64,000 bases of DNA from Eledone cirrhosa. Taxonomy: Eukaryota. A program made the translations under genes and the position numbers. The DNA lies in the NCBI GenBank assembly GCA_964016885.1, contig OZ024741.1:85994001-86058000 (forward strand), given 5' to 3'. This document shows positions 1 through 16,000 of the stretch, in pieces (the first letter of the stretch is position 1; the number at the start of each line of letters is the position of its first letter). The notes under the pieces are model-generated. The model was not told the DNA's origin. It did not search any database and saw nothing but the letters and a program-made list of their open reading frames with translations.

Positions 1-3000
1 ACACTATCCACTATACCACCAACAACACTATCCACTATCCACCAGCAACACTATCCACTATACCACCAACAACAACACTATCTACTATACCACCAACAAC
101 AACACTATCCACTATACCACCAACAACAACACTATCCACTATACCACCAGCAACACTATCCACTATACCACCAACAACAACACTATCCACTATACCACCA
201 GCAACACTATCCACTATACCACCAACAACAACACTATCCACTATACCACCAACAACACTATCCACTATACCACCAACAACACTATCTACTATACCACCAA
301 CAACAACACTATCCACTATACCACCAACAACAACACTATCCACTATACCACCAGCAACACTATCCACTATACCACCAGCAACAACACTATCCACTATACC
401 ACCAGCAACACTATCCACTATACCACCAACAACAACACTATCCACTATACCACCAGCAACACTATCCACTATACCACCAACAACAACACTATCCACTATA
501 CCACCAACAACACTATCCACTATACCACCAACAACACTATCTACTATACCACCAACAACAACACTATCCACTATACCACCAACAACAACACTATCCACTA
601 TACCACCAGCAACACTATCCACTATACCACCAGCAACAACACTATCCACTATACCACCAGCAACACTATCCACTATACCACCAACAACAACACTATCCAC
701 TATACCACCAGCAACAACACTATCCACTATACCACCAGCAACACTATCCACTATACCACCAACAACAACGCTATCCACTATACCACCAACAACACTATCC
801 ACTATGCCACCAGCAACACTATCCACTATACCACCAACAACAACACTATCCACTATACCACCAACAACACTATCCACTATACCACCAACAACACTATCTA
901 CTATACCACCAACAACAACACTATCCACTATACCACCAACAACAACACTATCCACTATACCACCAGCAACACTATCCACTATACCACCAGCAACAACACT
1001 ATCCACTATACCACCAGCAACACTATCCACTATACCACCAACAACAACACTATCCACTATACCACCAGCAACACTATCCACTATACCACCAACAACAACA
1101 CTATCCACTATACCGCCAACAACACTATCCACTATCCACCAGCAACACTATCCACTATACCACCAACAACAACACTATCTACTATACCACCAACAACAAC
1201 ACTATCCACTATACCACCAACAACAACACTATCCACTATACCACCAGCAACACTATCCACTATACCACCAACAACAACACTATCCACTATACCACCAGCA
1301 ACACTATCCACTATACCACCAACAACAACACTATCCACTATACCACCAACAACACTATCCACTATACCACCAACAACACTATCTACTATACCACCAACAA
1401 CAACACTATCCACTATACCACCAACAACAACACTATCCACTATACCACCAGCAACACTATCCACTATACCACCAGCAACAACACTATCCACTATACCACC
1501 AGCAACACTATCCACTATACCACCAACAACAACACTATCCACTATACCACCAGCAACACTATCCACTATACCACCAACAACAACACTATCCACTATACCA
1601 CCAACAACACTATCCACTATACCACCAACAACACTATCTACTATACCACCAACAACAACACTATCCACTATACCACCAACAACAACACTATCCACTATAC
1701 CACCAGCAACACTATCCACTATACCACCAGCAACAACACTATCCACTATACCACCAGCAACACTATCCACTATACCACCAACAACAACACTATCCACTAT
1801 ACCACCAACAACACTATCTACTATACCACCAACAACAACACTATCCACTATACCACCACCAACAACACTATCCACTATACCACCAACAACACTATCCACT
1901 ATACCACCAACAACACTATCCACTATACCACCAACAACAACACTATCCACTATACCACCAACAACAACACTATCCACTATACCACCAACAACAACACTAT
2001 CCACTATACCCCCACCAGCAACACTATCCACTATACCACCACCAACAACACTATCCACTATACCACCAACAACAACACTATCCACTATACCACCAACAAC
2101 AACACTATCCACTATACCACCAACAACAACACTATCCACTATACCACCAACAACAACACTATCCACTATACCACCAACAACAACACTATCCACTATACCC
2201 CCACCAGCAACACTATCCACTATACCACCAACAACAACACTATCCACTATACCCCCACCAGCAACACTATCCACTATACCACCAACAACAACACTATCCA
2301 CTATACCACCAACAACAACACTATCCACTATACCCCCACCAGCAACACTATCCCCTATACCACCAACAACAACACTATCCACTATACCACCAACAACAAC
2401 ACTATCCACTATACCCCCACCAGCAACACTATCCACTATACCCCCACCAACAACAACACTATCCACTATACCCCCACCAGCAACACTATCCACTATACCA
2501 CCAACAACAACACTATCCACTATACCCCCACCAGCAACACTATCCACTATACCCCCACCAACAACACTATCCACTATACCACCAACAACAACACTATCCA
2601 CTATACCACCAACAACAACACTATCCACTATACCCCCACCAACAACACTATCCACTATACCACCAACAACAACACTATCCACTATGCCCCCACCAGCAAC
2701 ACTATCCACTATACCCCCACCAGCAACACTATCCACTATACCACCACCAGCAACACTATCCACTATACCACCAACAACAACACTATCCACTATACCTCCA
2801 CCAGCAACACTATCCACTATACCCCCAACAACAACACTATCCACTATACCACCAACAACAACACTATCCACTATACCACCAACAACAACACTATCCACTA
2901 TACCACCACCAACAACACTATCCACTATACCACCACCAACAACACTATCCACTATACCACCACCAACAACACTATGCACTATACCTCCACCAACAACACT

Positions 3001-6000
3001 ATCCACTATACCACCACCAACAACACTATCCACTATACCACCAACAACACTATCCACTATAACCCCAACAACAACACTATCCACTATACCACCACCAACA
3101 ACACTATCCACTATACCACCACCAACAACACTATGCACTATACCCCCACCAACAACACTATCCACTATACCACCACCAACAACACTATCCACTATACCAC
3201 CACCAACAACACTATGCACTATACCCCCACCAACAACACTATCCACTATACCCCCACCAGCAACACTATCCACTATACCACCACCAACAACAACACTATC
3301 CACTATACCACCACCAACAACACTATGCACTATACCACCAACAACAACACTATCCACTATAACCCCACCAACAACACTATCCACTATACCCCCACCAGCA
3401 ACACTATCCACTATACCCCCACCAGCAACACTATCCACTATACCACCAACAACAACACTATCCACTATACCACCAACAACAACACTATCCACTATACCAC
3501 CAACAACAACACTATCCACTATACCACCAACAACAACACTATCCACTATACCACCACCAACAACACTATCCACTATACCCCCACCAGCAACACTATCCAC
3601 TATACCCCCACCAACAACATCACTATCCACTATACCACCAACAACAACACTATCCACTATACCCCCACCAACAACAACACTATCCACTATACCCCCACCA
3701 GCAACACTATCCACTATACCACCAACAACAACACTATCCACTATACCCCCACCAACAACAACACTATCCACTATACCCCCACCAGCAACACTATCCACTA
3801 TACCACCAACAACAACACTATCCACTATACCCCCACCAGCAACACTATCCACTATACCCCCACCAACAACATCACTATCCACTATACCACCAGCAACAAC
3901 ACTATCCACTATACCACCAACAACAACACTATCCACTATACCACCAACAACAACACTATCCACTATACCCCCACCAGCAACACTATCCACTATACCCCCA
4001 CCAACAACATCACTATCCACTATACCCCCACCAGCAACACTATCCACTATACCACCAACAACAACACTATCCACTATACCACCAACAACAACACTATCCA
4101 CTATACCACCAACAACAACACTATCCACTATACCCCCACCAGCAACACTATCCACTATACCACCACCAACAACAACACTATCCACTATACCCCCACCAGC
4201 AACACTATCCACTATACCACCACCAGCAACACTATCCACTATACCCCCACCAGCAACACTATCCACTATACCACCAACAACAACACTATCCACTATACCA
4301 CCAACAACAACACTATCCACTATACCACCAACAACAACACTATCCACTATACCCCCACCAGCAACACTATCCACTATACCACCACCAACAACAACACTAT
4401 CCACTATACCCCCACCAGCAACACTATCCACTATACCACCAACAACAACACTATCCACTATACCCCCACCAGCAACACTATCCACTATACCACCACCAAC
4501 AACAACACTATCCACTATACCCCCACCAGCAACACTATCCACTATACCACCAACAACAACACTATCCACTATACCCCCACCAGCAACACTATCCACTATA
4601 CCCCCACCAACAACAACACTATCCACTATACCTCCAACAACAACACTATCCACTATACCACCAACAACAACACTATCCACTATACCCCCACCAGCAACAC
4701 TATCCACTATACCACCACCAACAACAACACTATCCACTATACCCCCACCAGCAACACTATCCACTATACCACCAACAACAACACTATCCACTATACCCCC
4801 ACCAGCAACACTATCCACTATACCACCAACAACAACACTATCCACTATACCCCCACCAGCAACACTATCCACTATACCACCAACAACAACACTATCCACT
4901 ATACCACCAACAACAACACTATCCACTATACCACCACCAGCGACACTATCCACTATACCACCAACAACAACACTATCCACTATACCCCCACCAGCAACAC
5001 TATCCACTATACCCCCACCAACAACAACACTATCCACTATACCCCCACCAGCAACACTATCCACTATACCCCCACCAGCAACACTATCCACTATACCACC
5101 ACCAGCAACACTATCCACTATACCACCAACAACAACACTATCCACTATACCTCCACCAGCAACACTATCCACTATACCCCCAACAACAACACTATCCACT
5201 ATACCACCAACAACAACACTATCCACTATACCACCAACAACAACACTATCCACTATACCACCACCAACAACACTATCCACTATACCACCACCAACAACAC
5301 TATCCACTATACCACCACCAACAACACTATGCACTATACCTCCACCAACAACACTATCCACTATACCACCACCAACAACACTATCCACTATACCACCAAC
5401 AACACTATCCACTATACCACCAACAACAACACTATCCACTATACCACCAACAACAACACTATCCACTATACCACCACCAACAACACTATCCACTATACCA
5501 CCACCAACAACACTATCCACTATACCACCACCAACAACACTATGCACTATACCTCCACCAACAACACTATCCACTATACCACCACCAACAACACTATCCA
5601 CTATACCACCAACAACACTATCCACTATAACCCCAACAACAACACTATCCACTATACCCCCACCAGCAACACTATCCACTATACCACCAACAACAACACT
5701 ATCCACTATACCACCACCAGCAACACTATACCACCACCAGCAACACTATCCACTATACCACCAACAACAACACTATCCACTATACCACCACCAACAACAC
5801 TATGCACTATACCCCCACCAACAACACTATCCACTATACCACCACCAACAACACTATCCACTATACCACCACCAACAACACTATGCACTATACCCCCACC
5901 AACAACACTATCCACTATACCCCCACCAGCAACACTATCCACTATACCACCACCAACAACAACACTATCCACTATACCTGCAACAACAACACTATCCACT

Positions 6001-9000
6001 ATACCACCAACAACAACACTATCCACTATACCACCACCAGCAACACTATCCACTATACCCCCACCAGCAACACTATCCACTATACCCCCACCAGCAACAC
6101 TATCCACTATACCACCAACAACAACACTATCCACTATACCACCACCAACAACACTATCCACTATACCCCCACCAGCAACACTATCCACTATACCCCCACC
6201 AACAACACTATCCACTATACCACCACCAACAACACTATCCACTATACCACCACCAACAACACTATCCACTATACCACCACCAACAACACTATCCACTATA
6301 CCACCAACAACAACACTATCCACTATACCACCACCAGCAACACTATCCACTATACCACCACCAGCAACACTATCCACTATACCACCAACAACAACACTAT
6401 CCACTATACCACCAACAACACTATCCACTATACCACCAACAACAACACTATCCACTATACCACCACCAACAACACTATCCACTATACCACCACCAACAAC
6501 ACTATCCACTATACCACCACCAACAACACTATCCACTATACCACCAACAACAACACTATCCACTATACCACCACCAGCAACACTATCCACTATACCACCA
6601 CCAGCAACACTATCCACTATACCACCAACAACAACACTATCCACTATACCACCACCAACAACACTATACCACCAACAACAACACTATCCACTATACCACC
6701 AACAACAACACTATCCACTATACCCCCACCAGCAACACTATCCACTATACCACCAACAACAACACTATCCACTATAACCCCACCAACAACACTATCCACT
6801 ATACCTCCAACAACAACACTATCCACTATACCACCAACAACAACACTATCCACTATACCACCACCAGCAACACTATCCACTATACCACCACCAGCAACAC
6901 TATCCACTATACCACCAACAACAACACTATCCACTATACCACCAACAACAACACTATCCACTATACCACCAACAACAACACTATCCACTATACCACCAAC
7001 AACAACACTATCCACTATACCACCAACAACAACACTATCCACTATACCACCACCAGCAACACTATCCACTATAACACCAACAACAACACTATGCACTATA
7101 CCACCAACAACAACACTATCCACTATACCTCCAACAACAACACTATGCACTATACCTCCAACAACAACACTATCCACTATACCAACAACAACACTATCCA
7201 CTATACCACCAACAACAACACTATGCACTATACCACCAACAACAACACTATCCACTATACCACCAACAACAACACTATCCACTATACCACCAACAACAAC
7301 ACTATCCACTATACCACCAACAACAACACTATCCACTATACCACCACCAGCAACACTATCCACTATACCACCAACAACAACACTATCCACTATACCACCA
7401 ACAACAACACTATCCACTATACCACCAACAACAACACTATGCACTATACCACCAACAACAACACTATCCACTATACCACCAACAACAACACTATCCACTA
7501 TACCACCAACAACAACACTATCCACTATACCACCACCAACAACACTATCCACTATACCCCACCAGCAACACTATCCACTATACCCCACCAGCAACACTAT
7601 CCACTATACCACCAACAACAACACTATCCACTATACCACCACCAACAACACTATCCACTATACCCCACCAGCAACACTATCCACTATACCCCACCAGCAA
7701 CACTATCCACTATACCACCAACAACAACACTATCCACTATACCACCAACAACAACACTATCCACTATACCCCACCAGCAACACTATCCACTATACCCCAC
7801 CAGCAACACTATCCACTATACCACCAACAACAACACTATCCACTATACCACCACCAACAACACTATCCACTATACCCCACCAGCAACACTATCCACTATA
7901 CCCCACCAGCAACACTATCCACTATACCACCAACAACAACACTATCCACTATACCACCACCAACAACACTATCCACTATACCCCACCAGCAACACTATCC
8001 ACTATACCCCACCAGCAACACTATCCACTATACCACCAACAACAACACTATCCACTATACCACCACCAACAACACTATCCACTATACCCCACCAGCAACA
8101 CTATCCACTATACCCCACCAGCAACACTATCCACTATACCACCAACAACAACACTATCCACTATACCACCACCAACAACACTATCCACTATACCCCACCA
8201 GCAACACTATCCACTATACCACCAACAACAACACTATCCACTATACCACCAACAACAACACTATCCACTATACCACCAACAACAACACTATCCACTATAC
8301 CACCAACAACAACACTATCCACTATACCACCAACAACAACACTATCCACTATACCACCAACAACAACACTATCCACTATACCACCACCAGCAACACTATC
8401 CACTATAACACCAACAACAACACTATGCACTATACCACCAACAACAACACTATCCACTATACCTCCAACAACAACACTATGCACTATACCTCCAACAACA
8501 ACACTATCCACTATACCAACAACAACACTATCCACTATACCACCAACAACAACACTATGCACTATACCACCAACAACAACACTATCCACTATACCACCAA
8601 CAACAACACTATCCACTATACCACCAACAACAACACTATCCACTATACCACCAACAACACTATCCACTATACCACCACCAGCAACACTATCCACTATACC
8701 ACCAACAACAACACTATCCACTATACCACCAACAACAACACTATCCACTATACCACCAACAACAACACTATGCACTATACCACCAACAACAACACTATCC
8801 ACTATACCACCAACAACAACACTATCCACTATACCACCAACAACAACACTATCCACTATACCACCACCAACAACACTATCCACTATACCCCACCAGCAAC
8901 ACTATCCACTATACCCCACCAGCAACACTATCCACTATACCACCAACAACAACACTATCCACTATACCACCACCAACAACACTATCCACTATACCCCACC

Positions 9001-9428
9001 AGCAACACTATCCACTATACCCCACCAGCAACACTATCCACTATACCACCAACAACAACACTATCCACTATACCACCAACAACAACACTATCCACTATAC
9101 CCCACCAGCAACACTATCCACTATACCACCAACAACAACACTATCCACTATACCACCACCAACAACACTATCCACTATACCCCACCAGCAACACTATCCA
9201 CTATACCCCACCAGCAACACTATCCACTATACCACCAACAACAACACTATCCACTATACCACCACCAACAACACTATCCACTATACCCCACCAGCAACAC
9301 TATCCACTATACCCCACCAGCAACAACACTATCCACTATACCACCAACAACAACACTATCCACTAGCAACACTATCCACTATAACTCCACCAGCAACACT
9401 ATCCACTATACCACCACCAACAACAACA
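1..9428. repeat. Compound minisatellite, unit ACACTATCCACTAT(ACC)n(AAC/AGC)n, mostly 24/27/30 bp; runs off the window start
   Basis: Continuous tandem array with a conserved CACTATCCACTATA core and variable ACC/CCC/AAC/AGC triplets; almost no G on the + strand; ends at ...caacaacatt near 9428. Confidence 0.98.
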
Positions 9429-9651
9429 TTTTATTTATTTATTTGAGCATGAATATGTGTGTTTTTATATATGTATATGTATATAAACCATGTATATTTG
9501 TGTATGTGCATCAATATGTGTAGAGAGAGGTATATGCACACCAGCTTATTTTACTCCTCTTATCTGGTGCCAACAACCACAGCAATAATGACAACAACTG
9601 ATATAAAATAGAAAGGTTTTGCTGAAGATTATAAAGCAATAAAAATTTAAC

Positions 9652-10085
9652 AGTTCTTGTTGTTGTTGTTGGTGGTGGTGGTAGTAGTGGTGGTGATGCT
9701 GTTTGTTGTAGTAGTGGTGGTGGTGGTCGTTGTTGTGCAGATATTGCTGCTCTTAGATTCCCTGCCACCACCATCACCATTACTAAAACGCCCCCACCAC
9801 CTCCATAATCCCAATTACCATTGCCATCCTCATTACCATTACCATCACTATTTCCACTCTCGTTGTTATTACCATCATTATCATCACCAGCATCCTCATC
9901 AATACTATTATTTTCGTCTCATCTTTTTCACTATTTCTACCATCACCACCTCATTATCATCACCACTATTTTTACTATCATTATCACCATCATCATCATG
10001 ATTGTCATCATTTTTATCATCATCATCACTAGCATCAAATATCACTATCTTTAACATCATTATCATCATCATTAACAGCAGCAGT
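9652..10085. repeat. Low-complexity trinucleotide tract: (GTT/GGT/GTA)n followed by (CAC/CAT)n
   Basis: gttgttgttggtggtggtggtagtagtgg... then accaccatcaccatt...catcatcat. Confidence 0.9.
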
Positions 10086-10099
10086 GTTGACTGCTGTAA

Positions 10100-13000
10100 G
10101 ATTTAGTACTGTGTATATCTGGTATAGATCTGTATATCTGGTTTAGTACAGTGAATATCTAGTTTTGTAATGTGTATACCTGATTTAGTACAGTGAATAT
10201 CTAATTTAGTACTGTATATCTAATTTAGTACTGTATAATCTGGTTTAGTACTGTATAATCTGGTTTAGTACTGTATAATCTGGTTTAGTACTGTATAATC
10301 TGGTTTAGTACTGTATATATCTAATTTAGTACTGTGTATATCTAATTTAGTACTGTGTATATCTGATTTAGTACTGTGTATATCTGATTTAGTACTGTGT
10401 ATATCTGATTTAGTACTGTGTATATCTGATTTAGTACTGTATATCTGATTCAGTACTGTGTATATCTGATTTAGTACTGTATATCTGATTCAGTACTGTG
10501 TATGTCTGATTTAGTACTGTATATCTGATTCAGTACTGTGTATATCTGATTTAGTACTGTGTATATCTGATTTAGTACTGTGTATATCTGATTTAGTACT
10601 GTGTATATCTGATTTAGTACTGTGTATATCTGATTTAGTACTGTATATCTGATTTAGTACTGTATATCTGATTTAGTACTGTATATCTGATTTAGTACTG
10701 TATATCTGATTTAGTACTGTGTATATCTGATTTAGTACTGTGTATATCTGATTTAGTACTGTGTATATCTGATTTAGTACTGTATATCTGATTTAGTACT
10801 GTATATCTGATTTAGTACTGTGTATATCTGATTTAGTACTGTGTATATCTGATTTAGTACTGTATATCTGATTTAGTACTGTGTATATCTGATTTAGTAC
10901 TGTGTATATCTGATTTAGTACTGTATATCTGATTCAGTACTGTATATCTGATTTAGTACTGTATATCTGATTTAGTACTGTGTATATCTGATTTAGTACT
11001 GTATATCTGATTTAGTACTGTGTATATCTGATTTAGTACTGTATATCTGATTCAGTACTGTGTATATCTGATTTAGTACTGTGTATATCTGATTTAGTAC
11101 TGTATATCTGATTCAGTACTGTGTATATCTGATTTAGTACTGTATATCTGATTCAGTACTGTGTATATCTGATTTAGTACTGTGTATATTTGATTTAGTA
11201 CTGTGTATATCTGATTTAGTACTGTGTATATCTGATTTAGTACTGTGTATATCTGATTTAGTACTGTGTATATCTGATTTAGTACTGTATATCTGATTTA
11301 GTACTGTGTATATCTGATTTAGTACTGTGTATATCTGATTTAGTACTGTATATCTGATTCAGTACTGTATATCTGATTTAGTACTGTATATCTGATTTAG
11401 TACTGTGTATATCTGATTTAGTACTGTGTATATCTGATTTAGTACTGTGTATATCTGATTTAGTACTGTATATCTGATTTAGTACTGTATATCTGATTAA
11501 GTACTGTGTATATCTGATTTAGTACTGTATATCTGATTTAGTACTGTGTATATCTGATTTAGTACTGTATATCTGATTTAGTACTGTGTATATCTGATTT
11601 AGTACTGTGTATATCTGATTTAGTACTGTATATCTGATTTAGTACTGTATATCTGATTTAGTACTGTATATCTGATTTAGTACTGTGTATATCTGATTTA
11701 GTACTGTATATCTGATTTAGTACTGTGTATATCTGATTTAGTACTGTATATCTGATTTAGTACTGTGTATATCTGATTTAGTACTGTATATCTGATTTAG
11801 TACTGTGTATATCTGATTTAGTACTGTATATCTGATTTAGTACTGTATATCTGATTTAGTACTGTGTATATCTGATTTAGTACTGTATATCTGATTTAGT
11901 ACTGTATATCTGATTTAGTACTGTGTATATCTGATTTAGTACTGTGTATATCTGATTTAGTACTGTATATCTGATTTAGTACAGTATATCTGATTTAGTA
12001 CTGTATATCTGATTTAATACTGTATATCTGATTCAGTACTGTGTATATCTGATTCAGTACTGTGTATATGATTTAGTACTGTGTATATCTGATTCAGTAC
12101 TGTGTATATCTGATTCAGTACTGTGTATATCTGATTCAGTACTGTGTATATCTGATTTAGTACTGTGTATATCTGATTCAGTACTGTGTATATCTGATTC
12201 AGTACTGTGTATATCTGATTCAGTACTGTGTATATCTGATTTAGTACTGTGTATATCTGATTCAGTACTGTGTATATCTGATTCAGTACTGTGTATATCT
12301 GATTTAGTACTGTGTATATCTGATTCAGTACTGTGTATATCTGATTCAGTACTGTGTATATCTGATTCAGTACTGTGTATATCTGATTTAGTACTGTGTA
12401 TATTTGATTCAGTACTGTGTATATCTGATTCAGTACTGTGTATATCTGATTTAGTACTGTGTATATCTGATTCAGCACTGTGTATATCTGATTCAGTACT
12501 GTATATCTGATTTAGTACTGTATATCTGATTTAGTACTGTGTATACCTGATTCAGTACTGTATATCTGATTTAGTACTGTGTATATCTGATTCAGTACTG
12601 TGTATCTCTGATTTAGTACTGTGTATATCTGATTCAGTACTGTGTATATCTGATTTAGTACTGTATATCTGATTCAGTACTGTGTATATCTGATTCAGTA
12701 CTGTGTATATCTGATTCAGTACTATATATCTGATTTAGTATTGTATATCTGATTTAGTACTGTATATCTGATTCAGTACTGTGTATATCTGATTCAGTAC
12801 TGTGTATATCTGATTCAGAACTGTGTATATCTGATTCAGTACTATATATCTGATTTAGTACTGTATATCTGATTTAGTACTGTATATCTGATTCAGTACT
12901 GTGTATATCTGATTCAGTACTGTATATATCTGATTTAGTACTGTATATCTGATTTAGTACTGTATATCTGATTCAGTACTGTATATCTGATTCAGTACTG

Positions 13001-16000
13001 TGTATATCTGATTCAGTACTATATATCTGATTTAGAATTGTATATCTGATTTAGTACTGTGTATATCTGATTCAGTACTGTGTATATCTGATTTAGTACT
13101 GTATATCTGATTCAGTACTGTGTATATCTGATTCAGTACTGTATATCTGATTTAGTACTGTGTATATCTGATTTAGTACTGTATATATGATTTAGTACTG
13201 TGTATATCTGATTGAGTACTGTGTATATCTGATTCAGTACTGTATATCTGATTTAGTACTGTGTATATCTGATTCAGTACTGTGTATATCTAATTCAGAA
13301 CTGTGTATATCTGATTCAGCACTGTGTATATCTGATTCAGTACTGTATATCTGATTCAGTACTGTGTATATCTGATTCAGTACTGTGTATATCTGATTCA
13401 GTACTGTATATCTGATTCAGTACTGTATATCTGATTCAGTACTGTGTATATCTGATTCAGTACTGTGTATATCTGATTCAGTACTGTGTATATCTGATTC
13501 AGTACTGTATATGTGATTCAGTACTGTGTATATCTGATTCAGTACTGTGTATATCTGATTCAGTACTGTGTATATCTGATTCAGTACTGTGTATATCTGA
13601 TTCAGCACTGTGTATATCTGATTCAGTACTGTATATCTGATTCAGTACTGTGTATATCTGATTCAGTACTGTATATCTGATTCAGTACTGTATATCTGAT
13701 TCAGTACTGTGTATATCTGATTCAGTACTGTGTATATCTGATTCAGTACTGTATATCTGATTTAGTACTGTATATCTGATTTAGTACTATGTATACCTGA
13801 TTCAGTACTGTATATCTGATTTAGTACTGTGTATATCTGATTCAGTACTGTGTATCTCTGATTTAGTACTGTGTATATCTGATTTAGTACTGTGTATATC
13901 TGATTTAGTACTGTATATCTGATTCAGTAATGTGTATATCTGATTCAGTACTGTGTATATCTGATTCAGTACTATATATCTGATTTAGTATTGTATATCT
14001 GATTTAGTACTGTATATCTGATTCAGTACTGTGTATATCTGATTCAGTACTGTGTATATCTGATTCAGTACTGTGTATATCTGATTCAGTACTGTGTATA
14101 TCTGATTAAGTACTATATATCTGATTTAGTACTGTATATCTGATTTAGTACTGTGTATACCTGATTCAGTACTGTGTATATCTGATTCAGTACTGTATAT
14201 CTGATTTAGTACTGTGTATATCTGATTCAGTACTGTGTATATCTGATTCAGTACTGTGTATATCTGATTCAGTACTGTGTATATCTGATTCAGTACTGTA
14301 TATCTGATTCAGTACTGTATATCTGATTCAGTACTGTGTATATCTGATTCAGTACTGTGTATATCTGATTCAGTACTGTGTATATCTGATTTAGTACTGT
14401 GTAGATCTGATTTAGTACTGTTTATATCTGATTCAGTACTGTGTATATCTGATTCAGTACTGTGTATATCTGATTTAGTACTGTGTATATCTGATTCAGT
14501 ACTGTGTATATCTGATTCAGTACTGTGTATATCTGATTCAGTACTGTGTATATCTGATTCAGTACTGTGTATATCTGATTTAGTACTGTGTATATGTGAT
14601 TTAGTACTGTGTATATCTGATTCAGTACTGTGTATATCTGATTCAGTACTGTGTATATCTGATTCAGTACTGTGTATATCTGATTTAGTACTGTGTATAT
14701 TTGATTCAGTACTGTGTATATCTGATTCAGTACTGTGTATATCTGATTTAGTACTGTGTATATCTGATTCAGTACTGTGTATATCTGATTCAGTACTGTG
14801 TATATCTGATTTAGTACTGTGTATATCTGATTTAGTACTGTGTATATCTGATTTAGTACCGTGTAGATCTGATTTAGTACTGTGTATATCTGATTTAGTA
14901 CTGTGTATATCTGATTTAGTACTGTGTATATCTGATTCAGTACATGTGTATATCTGATTTAGTACTGTGTATATCTGATTCAGTACTGTGTATATCTGAT
15001 TCAGTACTGTGTATATCTGATTCAGTACTGTGTATATCTGATTCAGTACTGTGTATATCTGATTCAGTACTGTGTATATCTGATTCAGTACTGTATATCT
15101 GATTCAGTACTGTATATCTGATTCAGTACTGTGTATATCTGATTCAGTACTGTGTATATCTGATTCAGTACTGTGTATATCTGATTTAGTACTGTGTAGA
15201 TCTGATTTAGTACTGTTTATATCTGATTCAGTACTGTGTATATCTGATTCAGTACTGTGTATATCTGATTTAGTACTGTGTATATCTGATTCAGTACTGT
15301 GTATATCTGATTCAGTACTGTGTATATCTGATTCAGTACTGTGTATATCTGATTCAGTACTGTGTATATCTGATTTAGTACTGTGTATATGTGATTTAGT
15401 ACTGTGTATATCTGATTCAGTACTGTGTATATCTGATTCAGTACTGTGTATATCTGATTCAGTACTGTGTATATCTGATTTAGTACTGTGTATATTTGAT
15501 TCAGTACTGTGTATATCTGATTCAGTACTGTGTATATCTGATTTAGTACTGTGTATATCTGATTCAGTACTGTGTATATCTGATTCAGTACTGTGTATAT
15601 CTGATTTAGTACTGTGTATATCTGATTTAGTACTGTGTATATCTGATTTAGTACCGTGTAGATCTGATTTAGTACTGTGTATATCTGATTTAGTACTGTG
15701 TATATCTGATTTAGTACTGTGTATATCTGATTCAGTACATGTGTATATCTGATTTAGTACTGTGTATATCTGATTCAGTACTGTGTATATCTGATTCAGT
15801 ACTGTGTATATCTGATTCAGTACTGTGTATATCTGATTCAGTACTGTATATCTGATTTAGTACTGTATATCTGATTTAGTACTGTGTATATCTGATTTAG
15901 TACTGTGTATATCTGATTTAGTACTGTGTATATCTGATTTAGTACTGTATATCTGATTTAGTACTGTATATCTGATTAAGTACTGTGTATATCTGATTTA

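Noticed and set aside
35-9523. Very long ORFs on both strands (TTLSTIPP, HQQQHYPLY, NNTIHYT, GGIVDSVV)
   Set aside because: Open frames follow from stop-free triplet-length repeat units; several frames are open at once, frameshifts occur and there is no unique coding sequence
9511-10054. Pro/His/Val-rich short ORFs between the two arrays
   Set aside because: Derived from trinucleotide low-complexity DNA; no splice or homology support visible
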